Of a stretch of DNA of 64,000 nucleotides, positions 14,611-28,956 are shown piece after piece. Positions within the stretch are counted from its first letter, which is position 1; every line of letters begins with the position of its first letter. This stretch comes from Eledone cirrhosa. Lineage: Eukaryota. Both the position numbers and the translations under genes were made by a program. The notes beneath the pieces are model-generated. The model saw only the letters and a list, made by a program, of their open reading frames with translations. It did not search any database and was not told the origin of the DNA. Location of the stretch: the NCBI GenBank assembly GCA_964016885.1, contig OZ024746.1, forward strand, positions 12,710,001 to 12,774,000. The letters are read 5' to 3'.

Positions 14611-14920
14611 CATATATATATACATATATATATATATATACATATATATATACATATATATATATATACATATATATATAACATACATATATATATACAT
14701 ATATATATACATATATATATACATATATATATACATACATATATATATACATATATATATACATATATATATACATACATATATATATACATATATATAT
14801 ACATACATATATACATACATATATATATACATATATATACATATATATATATATATACATATATATACATATATATATACATATATATACATATATATAT
14901 ACATATATATATACATATAC

Positions 14921-14975
<55 letters not shown>

Positions 14976-14986
14976 CATATATATAC

Positions 14987-15037
<51 letters not shown>

Positions 15038-15048
15038 CATATATATAC

Positions 15049-15099
<51 letters not shown>

Positions 15100-15333
15100 T
15101 ACATATATACATATATATATATACATATATACATATATATATATACATATATATATACATATATATATATACATATATAATATACATATACATATATGTA
15201 TATACATATATGTATATACATATATATATATACATATATATATATACATATATATATATACATATATATATATACATATATATATACATATATATATTAT
15301 ATATATATATATATTATACATATATATATATAC

Positions 15334-15368
<35 letters not shown>

Positions 15369-15586
15369 CATATATATATACATATATATATATACATATA
15401 TATTATACATATATATGTATACATATATATATATACATATATATATACATATATATGTATACATATATATATATACATATATATATATACATATATATAT
15501 ACATATATATATATACATATATGTATATACATATATATATATACATATATATATATACATATATATATATACATATATGTATATAC

Positions 15587-15641
<55 letters not shown>

Positions 15642-15728
15642 CATATATATATACATATATATATATACATATATATATATACATATATATATATACATAT
15701 ATATATATACATATATGTATATACATAT
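14452..15728. repeat. (TA)n array punctuated by CA; continues at 16050-16395 and 16943-17772
   Basis: Direct reading. Confidence 0.95.
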
Positions 15729-16050
15729 GGAGGCACATGGCTTAGTGGTTAGAGCATTGGCCTTGCAATCGAAAGGTTGTGAGTTCAATTCTCAGACCGG
15801 GTGATGTGTTGTTTCCTTGAGCAAGGCACTTTATTTCACATTGCTCCAGTTTACTCAGCTGTAGAAATGAGATGATAGGGACTGGGGTCACTATCATTCC
15901 ACTGCAAAGTGGCCACGGCAAAAAAAAGCACCCAGCACTCACTGTTGGTGTTAGGAAGGCATCCAGCTGTAGAAATCAAGCCAGAATCAGTTCCCGTCCC
16001 ACCCTTGCAAGCAGGGAAAAGTGGACGTAAAATGAAATGATGATGATGAT
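15729..16050 (+). mobile_element. tRNA-headed SINE family 1 with RTE-derived body and tail
   Basis: A box TGGCTTAGTGG, B box GAGTTCAATTC. The 3' end matches the RTE family A tail. Confidence 0.9.
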
Positions 16051-16109
16051 ATATATATATATACATATATATATACATATATATGTATACATATATATGT
16101 ATACATATA

Positions 16110-16141
<32 letters not shown>

Positions 16142-16240
16142 CATATATATATACATATATATATATACATATATATGTATACATATATATGTATAATCAT
16201 ATATATATACATATACATAATATATATACATATACATACA

Positions 16241-16300
<60 letters not shown>

Positions 16301-16395
16301 CATATATATACATATATATACATATATATATATATATACATATATATATACATGTATATATACATATATATATACATATATATATACATATATAT

Positions 16396-16942
16396 CATCA
16401 TCATCATCATCCGTGTTCCACGCTTGCATGGGTTTGGACGGGGGTAGTCCTACTTGAGGCAAGAGTGATTGTCTTGCTCGCATAGGACTGTCTGGCAGGT
16501 TTTCTACAGTTGGATGCCCTTCCTAACACCAACCACATTTACAGTGTGGGTCTGGGAGGTTTTTACCGTGTTGCCTACACGGCCACATTACAGCGTGGGA
16601 CTGTGTGTTTTTTTGTCGTGACACCTACACGATCTCATTTGTTTCGGCCTGGATGGCGCGGCACCAACATAACTTTACATAGAACGGGGTGGTGTGGATG
16701 GGGTGGGGGTTGTGGTGGTGGGACGTGGTGTATTTTGTTAGAGATGCCTACTGGCAAGGCGGGTCTTCTCTATTACTGAGTACCGCCAAAGGTCTCGGTC
16801 CAGTGACATTGTCTTGGAGAGGTGTAAGTGTGTGATGTCGGAGTTTATCAGCTCGTCCCAGGTTTTTCTGGGTCTGCCTATTCCGTGGCTACCGTCTATC
16901 TTTATTGCCCTGCACTTTGTTATACAGCTATCATCCTTCATG
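16396..16942 (-). mobile_element. RTE LINE family B 3' fragment
   Basis: Same ORF end ([24 protein letters not shown]) and same UTR as the 50.3-51.8 kb copy. Confidence 0.9.
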
Positions 16943-17629
16943 TATATATATATATAACATGTATATATACATATATATGTATATATTTATATATATATAC
17001 ATATATATGTATATATATATACATATATATATATACATATATATATATACATATATATATATACATATATATATATACATATATATATACATATATATAT
17101 ATACATATATATATATACATATATATATATACATATATATATACATATACATATACATATATATATACATATATATATACATATACATATATAATACACA
17201 TATATAATATACATATATATATACATATACATATATATATACATATATATATACATATACATATATATATACATATACATATATATATATACATATACAT
17301 ATATATATATACATATACATATATATATATACATATATATATATACATATATATATATACATATATATATATACATATATATATATACATATATATATAT
17401 ACATATATATACATATATATATATATACATATATATATACATATATATATACATATATATATACATATATATACATATATATATACATATATATATATAT
17501 ACATATATATATACATATATATATATACACATATATATACATATATATATACATATATATATATACACATATATATACATATAATATATATACACATATA
17601 TATACATATATATATACATATATATATAC

Positions 17630-17681
<52 letters not shown>

Positions 17682-17739
17682 GTATATATATATGTATATA
17701 TACATATATATATACATATATATATACATATATATATAC

Positions 17740-17771
<32 letters not shown>

Positions 17772-17843
17772 AAATGAAAGGTATAGAAAACACTGCAGCG
17801 AAAAGCCAACAGCACTCCATAATATATATAATATATATATATA

Positions 17844-18365
17844 CAGGGTGCGGACAATATTTGTTTTTCAACTGCTAATTTTATGCAAATTTTTTTTACT
17901 CCCGTTGTCACTCTTGTCTTCATAAAAACAGGGACTATATTTCCATTATTTATTTTCAGAATAATTGATTATGAATAATTTTGAACCTCCAAATTTGTGG
18001 AATCCGCGCCGGGAGGACAAATAAGACCAGAAGATCAACTCCCAGAACAACAGGTGGCTCGCTGTCTCATCCAAAGACGTGCCCAGAGTCATGCAGACAA
18101 AGTTTTCAGCGACAACATTGGTCTTAGGTGCCGTCAGCAGTCAAGGTAACGTCATGCCACCTCACTTCTTCCCTGAGGGCCTCAAGCTGAACACCGATGG
18201 CTACATCCTCGTTCTGAGTGAGGTAGTAAAGCCCTGGATCAACCAGGTAGCTGCAGGTATGCCGTACGTGTGGCAGCAAGAATTAGCGCCCTACCTTACC
18301 AGCTGAAAGACCCAAGCCTGGCTGTCAGAGAACTTCGTCAACCACACTTCACCTGACATCTGGAA
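17844..18365 (+). mobile_element. Tc1/mariner (maT/DD37D-like) transposon remnant
   Basis: TA|CAGGGTG terminus at 17844. Transposase piece VLGAVSSQGNVMPPHFFPEGLKLNTDGY...YVWQQELAP..S*KTQAWLSEN...PDIW. Confidence 0.8.
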
Positions 18366-18646
18366 AAGCAAAGGTAAAAAGTCCAGAAACCTTTGGTAAT
18401 GGAGTAGTTATATTTTGTGTTGTTCACTTTCTAATTAAATATATATATATACTTGGTGGCCACTGATCTGTCCAGCTCATTTGTCTACCAGCATATCAAA
18501 ATATATCTTCTATGTATTTTGTCTGAAGAGGACATGTTTTGCTTTATGTTATACATAAAACTTTACATCTTCGTAATATATATAATGAAATAAATAGAGA
18601 TGATATAAAGTATATATCTTTCGTTTATTACTATTATATATATATA

Positions 18647-19025
18647 TCATCATCATCATCATTTTACGTCCGCTTTTCCCTGCTTGCAAGGGTGGGACGG
18701 GAACTGACTCTGGCTTGATTTCTACAGCTGGATGCCCTTCCTAACACCAACCTCATTTACAGTGAATGTTGGGTGCTTTTTCCGTGGCGCCTACACGTCC
18801 ACTTTACAGTGTGGGCTGGGTGCTTTTTGGCTGTGGCACCTCCACGACCACTTTGCAGTGGAATGATAGAGACACCAGTTCCTATCATCTTATTTCTACA
18901 GCTGAGTAAACTGGAGCAATGTGAAATAAAGTGTCTTGCTCAAGGAAACAACACATCACCCGGCCTGAGAATTGAACAACCTTTCGATTGCAAGGCCAAT
19001 GCTCTAACTACTAAGCTATGTGCCT

Positions 19026-19027
<2 letters not shown>
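18647..19027 (-). mobile_element. tRNA-headed SINE family 1 (longer internal repeat variant); truncated copy at 3728-3958
   Basis: Reverse-complement match to 15729-16050 with an extra internal module. Confidence 0.9.
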
Positions 19028-19059
<32 letters not shown>

Positions 19060-19476
19060 AGGTGGTCGTGTAGGTGTCACAACAAAAAGTAGCCAATCCA
19101 CATTGTAAAGTGGTCATGTAGGAATCATGACATGACATGACAAAAAGCACCCAGCACACACTGTATATGTGGGTGGCGTTACGAAGGGCAACCAGCCACA
19201 GAAACCAACCCAGAAACAGTTCTATATGAGCAAGACATGGTCTCCTGACCCAACTTGCCTCAAATGGGACAACCTGTCTAACCCATGCTCGCGTGGAAAG
19301 TGGAGGTTAAATGATGATGATGATATTACACCACAAGCTGATGTATTCACATCAGCTTTTTTAGACATGTTATATACACACTCTTAACTCCAAACTCATG
19401 TTGAATGTGAATATACATGAGGAGAGGAGAGGAGTATGTCACTAGGTTAGGTTATATTATGTACATGCAATTGTAC

Positions 19477-19552
<76 letters not shown>

Positions 19553-19949
19553 GCACATCTTGTGTATGTCATGTGTGAGTGTGTTTAATAATAAGTATAG
19601 AGAAATACAGAGGGAGAAAGTTATCATATTTAAGAGATGTAGCTGTCATACAAGTAACTCCTACCATCACCACCCCTTCGTTTTTATCTTCAACACAATC
19701 AATGCTACCACTGTAACATCTGAAGAGGTGGGAGAAACAGAGGTAGAAAATATTCAGTCTTCCATAAATGTCAAACTATGAGGGAGAGAGGCAGAGTTGT
19801 TCTATGCTAGATATGTAAGGTTCATACTGTATAATACAGGAGGAAAGGAAGAGAGGGGGTATGGAGAGAGGGGGAATGGAGAGAGAGAGAGTAGGGGGGA
19901 CAGAGAGAGTGATAAAAGAAAGAGACAAAAACAGGAAGAAACACCATTA

Positions 19950-20141
<192 letters not shown>

Positions 20142-20800
20142 CTACAAAGAAGATTGAAGAAATGAACAAAAGATTAAAAAATAAATAGAAACGATAAAGA
20201 AAAGAAAAAATAGAGAGAGAGAAAGAGAGGATAGAGGCAGATAAAGTGAGAGAGACAGAGTGAAAGCAACAGTTAAGTAGATAATTTAAGTCACTGATTG
20301 ATAAAATCACATATTATACACATACATATTATATATATTATATACATATAGTGGTTGTTAGTAAGATATAGAAACAACAGGCCATTCTTAGTCATGATGT
20401 TTCTATTTAATCTCCTTACCAACTAACATCATGTAACTGTCAATATCACTCAATCCCTCTTCTAATACCCTCCCTTCTTTTACATCCTCATTCATACCAC
20501 CCTTTGCATTCATCAATCATTCCCTCTTCCTCTCATCTAGTTGTGTAGAAACAATGGAATAAACAGAGAAAAGGGAGACAATAGCTGGCAGGGGGGTTCA
20601 GCCTCTCTAGTGAAAGTATCACAATAAAATGTACCCAGTACACTCTGTAAAGTGGTTGATATACAGAAAGGATATCCAACCAAAGAACCCATGCCAAAAA
20701 TAGCTGGGGGGGGGGGATGGGTGATCCTCATTTTTATGGCTTGATGCCTCTCAGATGTCAACCTTTTTAGTCCCCATCTTAAAACAGGCAGAGATACATA

Positions 20801-20836
<36 letters not shown>

Positions 20837-21071
20837 GATATTAGATAAATGGAAACTATATTTATAAAACCATATTTATTTCATTATAAATATTTCAGGG
20901 ATATCATATTAAAAATATGGTATGCCTTCATCAGACAAAATACAATATAAACAGTCTTATAAATAGATAGATTTGACATACCTTACACTTCAACTTCCAT
21001 TTAAAAGTTTTAAATGGAAGTTGAAGTGTAAGGTATGTCAAATCTATCTATTTATAAGACTGTTTATATTG

Positions 21072-21137
21072 TATTTTGTCTGATGAAGGCATACCATATT
21101 TTTAATATGATATCCCTGAAATATTTATAATGAAATA
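21072..21137 (+). ncRNA. Putative type I hammerhead ribozyme in a Penelope-like terminal repeat (family H1)
   Basis: Helix I TATTTTGT/ATGAAATA; CTGATGA at 21080-21086; helix II AGGCATACCATATT/AATATGATATCCCT; GAAA at 21118-21121; minimal helix III ending in AUA. Confidence 0.7.
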
Positions 21138-21266
21138 AATATGGTTTTATAAATATAGTTTCCATTTATTTAATATCGTAAATATACTCCAAATACTTGT
21201 TGAGTGCTTTTATATCAGTTATAAATATTTACTCGTTGTAACCCAACAATTTAAATAAAACTTTGC

Positions 21267-21301
<35 letters not shown>

Positions 21302-21392
21302 AAGAGAGAGAGAGAGAGGGAGTCATATTTTTCTGTATATTATACATATATATAATATTGCAGGTGAGGGTCAACAGAATACATTCATCACT

Positions 21393-21717
21393 GGTTGTGG
21401 TGGTGGTGGGTGGTGATGGTGGTGAAGATGGTGGTGATGATGGTGGTGGTGGCGGTGGTGGTGGTGGTGGCGGCAGTGGTGGTGGTGGTGGTGGAGGTGA
21501 TGGTGGTGGTGGTGGTGGTGGTGGTGTTGGTGGTGGTGGTGATGGTGGTGGTGGTGGTGGTGGTGGTGATGGTGACGGTGATGGTGGTGGTGACGGTGAT
21601 GGTGGTGACGGTGATGGTGGTGATGGTGACGGTGGTGGTGGTGGTGGTGACGGTGATGGTGGTGGTGACGGTGATGGTGGTGGTGATGGTGGTGGTGATG
21701 ATGGTGGTGGTGATGAT
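21393..21717. repeat. (GGT)n-type trinucleotide array; similar arrays at 11340-11765, 37425-37900 and 41320-41822
   Basis: Direct reading. Confidence 0.92.
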
Positions 21718-22254
21718 TGAAATAGAGAGATGGGTGTTTCAAGTTAACTGGAATAAAGAGCATATGAGTGATAATACTTCATAAAGAGAAGTAAGACAAT
21801 GAATGCAGTGTTTTTATTTATATAAGATAAGGTGGACACTGAAGACAGGTAGGTAGAAATAGGGGGAGGAGGAGAGGGGGGAGTAGATGTAGAGAGAGGG
21901 GGGTAGATATATAGAGAGAGGGGCAGTAGATATAGAGATGGAGAGAGGGAGAGTAGATATAGAGAGGGGGCAGTAGATATAGAGATGGAGAGAGGGAGTA
22001 GATATAGAGAGGGGGGAGTAGATATAGAGAGAAGGGAGTAAATATAGAGAAGGGGTAGTGGATATAGAGATGGAGAGAGGGGGAGTAGATATAGAGAGAG
22101 GGAGGGAGGAAGAGATGTAGGACAACAACATCAACCACAACAAGATGGAGTTGAACAAGAAAGCAGGACTGAGGGGGGGGGGGGAGGGGCATGGAAGGGA
22201 GTAAAAACAAAATGCAGATAAAACATACATATATGAGTGGGGGGGGGGTATATG

Positions 22255-23093
22255 TTAGTATGTCAGAGTGTCTGTGTGAATGTGTGTGAGTGTGTGTATG
22301 TGCAAGTGTGTGTATGTGTGTGTGTATGTGCAAGTGTGTGTATGTGTAAATGTGTAAGTGTGTATAAGTGTGTGTATGTGTAAGTGTGTGTATGTGCATA
22401 TGTGTGTATGTGTAAGTGTGTATAAGTGTGTATAAGTGTGTGTATGTGTATGTGTAAGTGTGTGTAAATGTGTGTAAGTGTGTGTATGTGTATGTGTAAG
22501 TGTGTGTAAATGTGTGTAAGTGTGTGTATGTGTAAGTGTGTGTATGTGTAAGTGTGTGTATGTGTGTGTGTATATGTAAGTGTGTATAAGTGTGTGTATG
22601 TGTAAGTGTGTGCAAGTGTGTGTATGTGCAAGTGTATGTATGTGTAAGTGTGTGTATGTGCATATGTATGTATGTGTAAGTGTGTATAAGTGTGTGTATG
22701 TGCATATGTGTGTATGTGTAAGTGTGTGTAAGTGTGTATAAGTGTGTGTATGTGTAAGTGTGTGTGTGTGTAAGTGTGTGTATGTGTAAGTGTGTGTGTG
22801 TGTAAGTGTGTGTATGTGTAAGTGTGTGTAAGTGTGTGTGTGTGTAAGTGTGTGTATGTGTAAGTGTGTATAAGTGTGTGTGTATAAGTGTGTGTATGTG
22901 TACGTGTGTGTGTGTGTGTAAGTGTGTGTGTGTAAGTATGTGTATGTGTACGTGTGTGTGTGTGTGTAAGTGTGTATAAGTATGTGTAAGTGTGTATAAG
23001 TGTGTGTGTATAAGTGTGTGTATGTGTACGTGTGTATGTGTACGTGTGTGTGTGTGTGTGTGTGTATAAGTGTGTGTGTGTAAGTATGTGTAT
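22255..23093. repeat. (TG)n array punctuated by TAA/TA
   Basis: Direct reading. Confidence 0.93.
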
Positions 23094-23341
23094 AACTAAA
23101 GAAACAAGAAGAAAGCATTGAATAGTGACAGAGAGAGAAAAGGAGGTAAGAATGTAGAACCCACAACAATGATACATCATGATTGTGTTGGGAGGGAGGG
23201 AGGAGGGAGGGACAGGTTGACATAGACTGAGCCAGTACTCAGATCTACAGACCTCTCAGATGGACCAGCAGAAGGGAGGGAGGTGGTTGGTGCAGCTAGT
23301 TTACATTACATACTCTCACCACTGTGCTCATTATGTGTGTG

Positions 23342-23998
<657 letters not shown>

Positions 23999-24432
23999 CT
24001 ACAGAGTGCATTAGGTACATTATATCATGGCATCAACACTAGGGAGGTTGTTATGTCTTTGACAAAATTTAGGAGTCTGCTCAACCCTTTTTTTAAACAT
24101 GGTTCCTGCAGCTCGATACTCTTCCTATCACTAAACATCGTACAGAATGTACTGGGTGCACCAGCACCAGAGACATTGAGAAGTTATTCTGTTGTGACTG
24201 AAGAGTCCTTTTGAAACCCTTTTAGCATGGTATCAATAGCTCAAAGCCCTTCCTAACACCAACCATACTACACTATGTACTGAGTGCATTCTCTATTGGC
24301 ACCAACACTAGTAAAGTTGTCGGTCATTGACACCATTGGGGGATGTAGGATGGCTGAGAAGTTTGTTATGAGTAACAATAGTTGTTGTTGTTGTTGGTGG
24401 TGGTGGTAGTGTTGGTGGTGGCGGATGACAAG

Positions 24433-24503
<71 letters not shown>

Positions 24504-24504
<1 letters not shown>

Positions 24505-24853
24505 GAGGCATATGGCTTAGTGGTTAGAGCATTGGCCTTGCAATCGAAAGGTTGTGAGTTCAATTCTCAGACCGGGTGATGTGTTGTGCACTTGAACAAG
24601 ACACTTTATTTCACATTGCTCCAGTTTACTCAGCTGTAGAAATGAGATGATAGGGACTGGGGGTCCCTATCATTCCACTGCAAAGTGGTCGTGGAGAAGC
24701 CACGGCAAAAAAGCACCCAGCACTCACTGTAAATGAGGGTGGTGTTAGGAAGGGCATCTAGCTGTAGAAATCAAGCCAGAATCAGTTCCCGTCCCACCCT
24801 TGCAAGCAGGGAAAAAGCGGACGTAAAATGAAATGATGATGAAATGATGATGA
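24504..24853 (+). mobile_element. tRNA-headed SINE family 1
   Basis: Near-identical to 15729-16050. Confidence 0.9.
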
Positions 24854-25194
24854 TATACATATATATATAGTTGTTGTATGGTTGCAATTAAATGCATCCA
24901 TAGGTGGTATGCCATTTGAGCACTCGATGCTCGTGCAGAGCAGAGTATATTATTATAGATAATGAGGAATCAGTAATGCATCAAAACACAATTTATTAAC
25001 ATATTACATATGTTTCTCCGACGTTCAGCTCAAGGCAGGATCTGTTATATATATATATATATGTCCTGCATAAACAATATACTCAAAGATAAAAGTGGTA
25101 TATAAGACGTGGGCCAGTGTCAAGAAGGTTGTCAGACCATAGAAATACTGCCTCAAGAAAGTCTTCCTTGCTAACATGGAAAGGGGAGGTGCAA

Positions 25195-25490
25195 GCTGAG
25201 AGAGAAACTGAGTTTAAGGGGAATCTGAGGTGACATGCAGGAGAGAAGACTGCAATAGTATGGACATGTGATGCACTTGGATGATGACCAATAGGTGAAG
25301 AAGTGTCAGAACATCCCAGTGGAAGGAAGCTGCAATAGAGGACGACCAAGAAAGACCTGGACAGAGGTTGTGAGAATGGACCTCAAATTGCTAAGACTGG
25401 CAGAGGAGATGACGAAGGAATGTGACAAGTGGAGAGATACCGTACTGAGAAGGACCTATGCAAGCCTGGAAAAATAGACATAAAATGACA
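25195..25490 (+). mobile_element. RTE family A-like decayed 3' fragment
   Basis: [30 protein letters not shown]. Confidence 0.85.
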
Positions 25491-26051
25491 TCTGTTATCC
25501 CTGTTAGCTAGGGGTTGGATAGGTCTTCACAGAAGTACTCAGTACTCAAATGAGGCTATTGTCCACTTACATGGGCTGGGGGGGGGGGCCTACATCTTCC
25601 TTACATACGATTATATATATATATATATATTGACAATATGCCCCCACTCCCACCCACTGCGAAATGGTCGTGTAGGCACCATGGAAAACAAGCACCCAGC
25701 ACTCACTGTAAATGAGGTTGGTGTTAGCAAGGGCATCCAGCTGAAGGGCATCATCAGTTCCTGTATGAGCAAGACAAGGTCAGCTGACTGGACACTGCTC
25801 ACAACAGGACAACCCGTCTAACCCATGCTAGCGTGTGGAAGAACGGACGTAAAACGGTGATGATGATGATTATATATATATATATATATATTTGTGTATA
25901 TAAAAATATATATTGTACATGTAGGTAATTATTTATGTATTATATATGTCCTGGGTATGAAATATTTGTGAGAATATATATCTATGTACACGTGTGTGTG
26001 CTTATGTAGTGCGCGTGTGTGCTTCCATTGTATCAGAATATATTGTATGTA

Positions 26052-26107
<56 letters not shown>

Positions 26108-26486
26108 TATGTGTGTGTGCGTGTATCCCATATGTATATATGTGTGTGTGTGTGTGCGTGCGCGTCCACCCCACCCCCGTATGTATATATGTATGTACTT
26201 GTGTGGATGTATACATGTATGCATCTACCCCACTCCTGTATCTATGTATATATGTATGTATATGTGTATGTATGTATGTATGTGTATGTGAATGCATATG
26301 TATATGTGTGTATATATGTGTGTGTATGAATGCATATATGTATGTATGTATGATAAGATGCACACACAGTTATACACAGCCAGCCAGGAGAAGAGTAAAG
26401 AAGATAAACAAAGATTCTGAATAGAAAAAGTTTTTGATCTAATATTTACACAGGATGACAGGAGCCAGTGTAAATAACTTCTGTCC

Positions 26487-26550
<64 letters not shown>

Positions 26551-26694
26551 GACAATGCTGACCTGGTGGTGATGAGGGAAGGTAGAGAAGGAAGAAACAT
26601 GTTCTACGCCATCCCACACCACCCCGCGCTCTTACCCTCAACAGTGTATTATTGAAGAGGTTTGTGGAAAAGAACAAAACTTAGTGGAATTCAT

Positions 26695-26734
<40 letters not shown>

Positions 26735-27185
26735 AGTGTGTGTGTGACATCACAGGTGGTGCAAATGGAGAAGAAGAAAAAGAAAAAGAAGAAAAAGGAG
26801 AAAAAGAAAAAGAAAAAGAAGAAAAAGGAGAAAAAGAAAAAGAAAAAGAAAAAGGAGAAAAAGAAAAAGGAGAAAAAGAAGAAGAAGAAGAAGAAGAAGA
26901 AGAAGAAGAAGAAGAGACAAAGAAGGAACAACTCTTACATATACTGTAACGATTTAGAAGAAAATATCAGAAAAGAGGCCAGTTAATTCAAATGTTTATA
27001 GTATCCTTATTAGTGAACAGACCGTTATGAAAATTAATGTAAAGACTAAGTTTTTAATGTTGCAATCATTGTTAGAAGAATGTGTTGCTAATGCAGTTTC
27101 ATATGTTATGAAGAGTTATAACTGGTTCTCTTCTCTCTCAACCTCTTTTAATACTACAAAGCCTTTTGTTCCCCTGAATCAGCAT

Positions 27186-27780
27186 ATGAGGTCTGTTAAA
27201 AAATATCTGATCTTAGGTTGAGAAAACAATTAAGTACTTAGTGATGTTCAATTGTAGGCCCCTTGTGACTCTACACACAACCCAACACATCTCCTACTAT
27301 TCAAAGCAGGAGCTTTTAGGTGGTATCTTCATGTTTGGGAAAAAACCAGAAGTCCGAAGGAGCTATATCTGGAGAATGGTGAACCTGATGAATAAGTGAA
27401 ATGTCTTTCTTTGCTAAAAAAAATAAAAACCTTAAATCAACTGCAACAAATGATCCAGGGTATTGTCTTGAGGCAACTACTGGTTTTACAAGATCCTCAG
27501 ATCTATTCTCTTGCACTGATCTGCATCACATAGACACCAAACCATTTCCAGTACTCCTTTGTAACTCTTTGTCTTTCTAGTCTGTATATATGATACATAA
27601 CCCCTTGGTAGTTGAAAAAAAACAGTCAGAATTATCTTCACTTTGCTCTCCACCTGACATGCTTTTCTTGGGTCTAGGGGACATTAGATGCTTTCACTGT
27701 TATGTCTGCAGTATATCCATATATACCCACATCTCATCCCCAGTTATGGTATTCAGGATCTCAGGATGTTTGTAGGCAGT
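27186..27780 (-). mobile_element. mariner transposase pseudogene fragment
   Basis: ILNTITGDEMWVY (TGDETW motif) and HSPDIAPSDFWFFPK (YSPDLAPSDF motif). TIR-like tatgaggtctgttaaaaaatatc at 27186. Confidence 0.8.
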
Positions 27781-28956
27781 TTTGGGTGAAATGAAAGTAT
27801 AACAAATGGGTAGTACACATGTTGGCTGCCTGACAGTATCTGATACATCCAACAAGCTTGCAAAAAATGTATGCAGCTCCACTCTGCACCCTTTTGACTC
27901 CCAAAACACATCTCAGTTAACTCTTACTGTCTTGTAGCACATGAAACCACAAAGTACTATGATTATATCACATTCCAAAATGAAGTCTTGACACTAATAG
28001 TGCAAATTTTCACACCAATATGTTCACCCTTAAAGATACTATGATCATATGAATTAACAAAGCTGTTTTTAGATATTTTCTGTTAAATCAATACAGGATG
28101 TTAAGAGTTTTGAATCGCTGTGAGTTCACTTTACAGAGTGGAGTAATTATGGTGACTATTATGACATCGGTAAGTTTCAATACTGGGTGTTTGTGTATTT
28201 AAGTAACATCAGTACTGCCCCAGGTATAAGAGCAGTACTCTATTATGCCTTGCTTCAGTTTTACAGAGGCTTACATACACAACAATATAATGATACAGAC
28301 ACACAGACACACTGTAATAAATATTGATTTCTTATTAAGGCGCAAAGCCAGCAAATTTTAGAGGAAGGACAAAACTGACTAAGTCAACCTGAGTACTTTA
28401 TTGGTACTTTATTTTATCGACCATGGAAGGATGAAAGGCAATGTTGACCGTGACAGGATTTGAACTCAGAATATATGTAAAGAACCAGAACAAGTGTCAC
28501 AACAACATTTTATCCAATCCTCTTCAAATTCAGCCAATCCATATACCGCCCTACACTCAGTAGTATATATTAAAAACATAACATAATGATAAGGTTGCAC
28601 AAATATGACAGTCCAGCACACACATTATATATGTATATATAATTCTTATATATATATAATATATATATATAATATATAAATATAAATATATATATATAAA
28701 TATATATAAATATAAATATAATATCATCATCATCATCTTCGTTTAACGTCCGTGGAAGATGGACGTTAAACGAAGATAATGATGATGATGATGATTTTAT
28801 ATTTATATATATATTTATATTTATATATATATTATATTTATATATATTATATATATATTTATATATATTATATATATATTTATATATATATTTATATTTA
28901 TATATATATTTATATATATATATATTATATTTATATATTTATATATATATTTATCA

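Noticed and set aside
15729-15800. tRNA gene
   Set aside because: A/B boxes are present but continue into a multi-copy SINE body; no convincing cloverleaf.
21358-21784. Gly-, His-, Thr- and Val-rich ORFs here and at 11324-11849, 37250-37978 and 41273-41872
   Set aside because: Trinucleotide microsatellites open in several frames on both strands; no splice or homology support.
26738-26986. Poly-Lys/Glu ORF
   Set aside because: (GAA)n purine tract.
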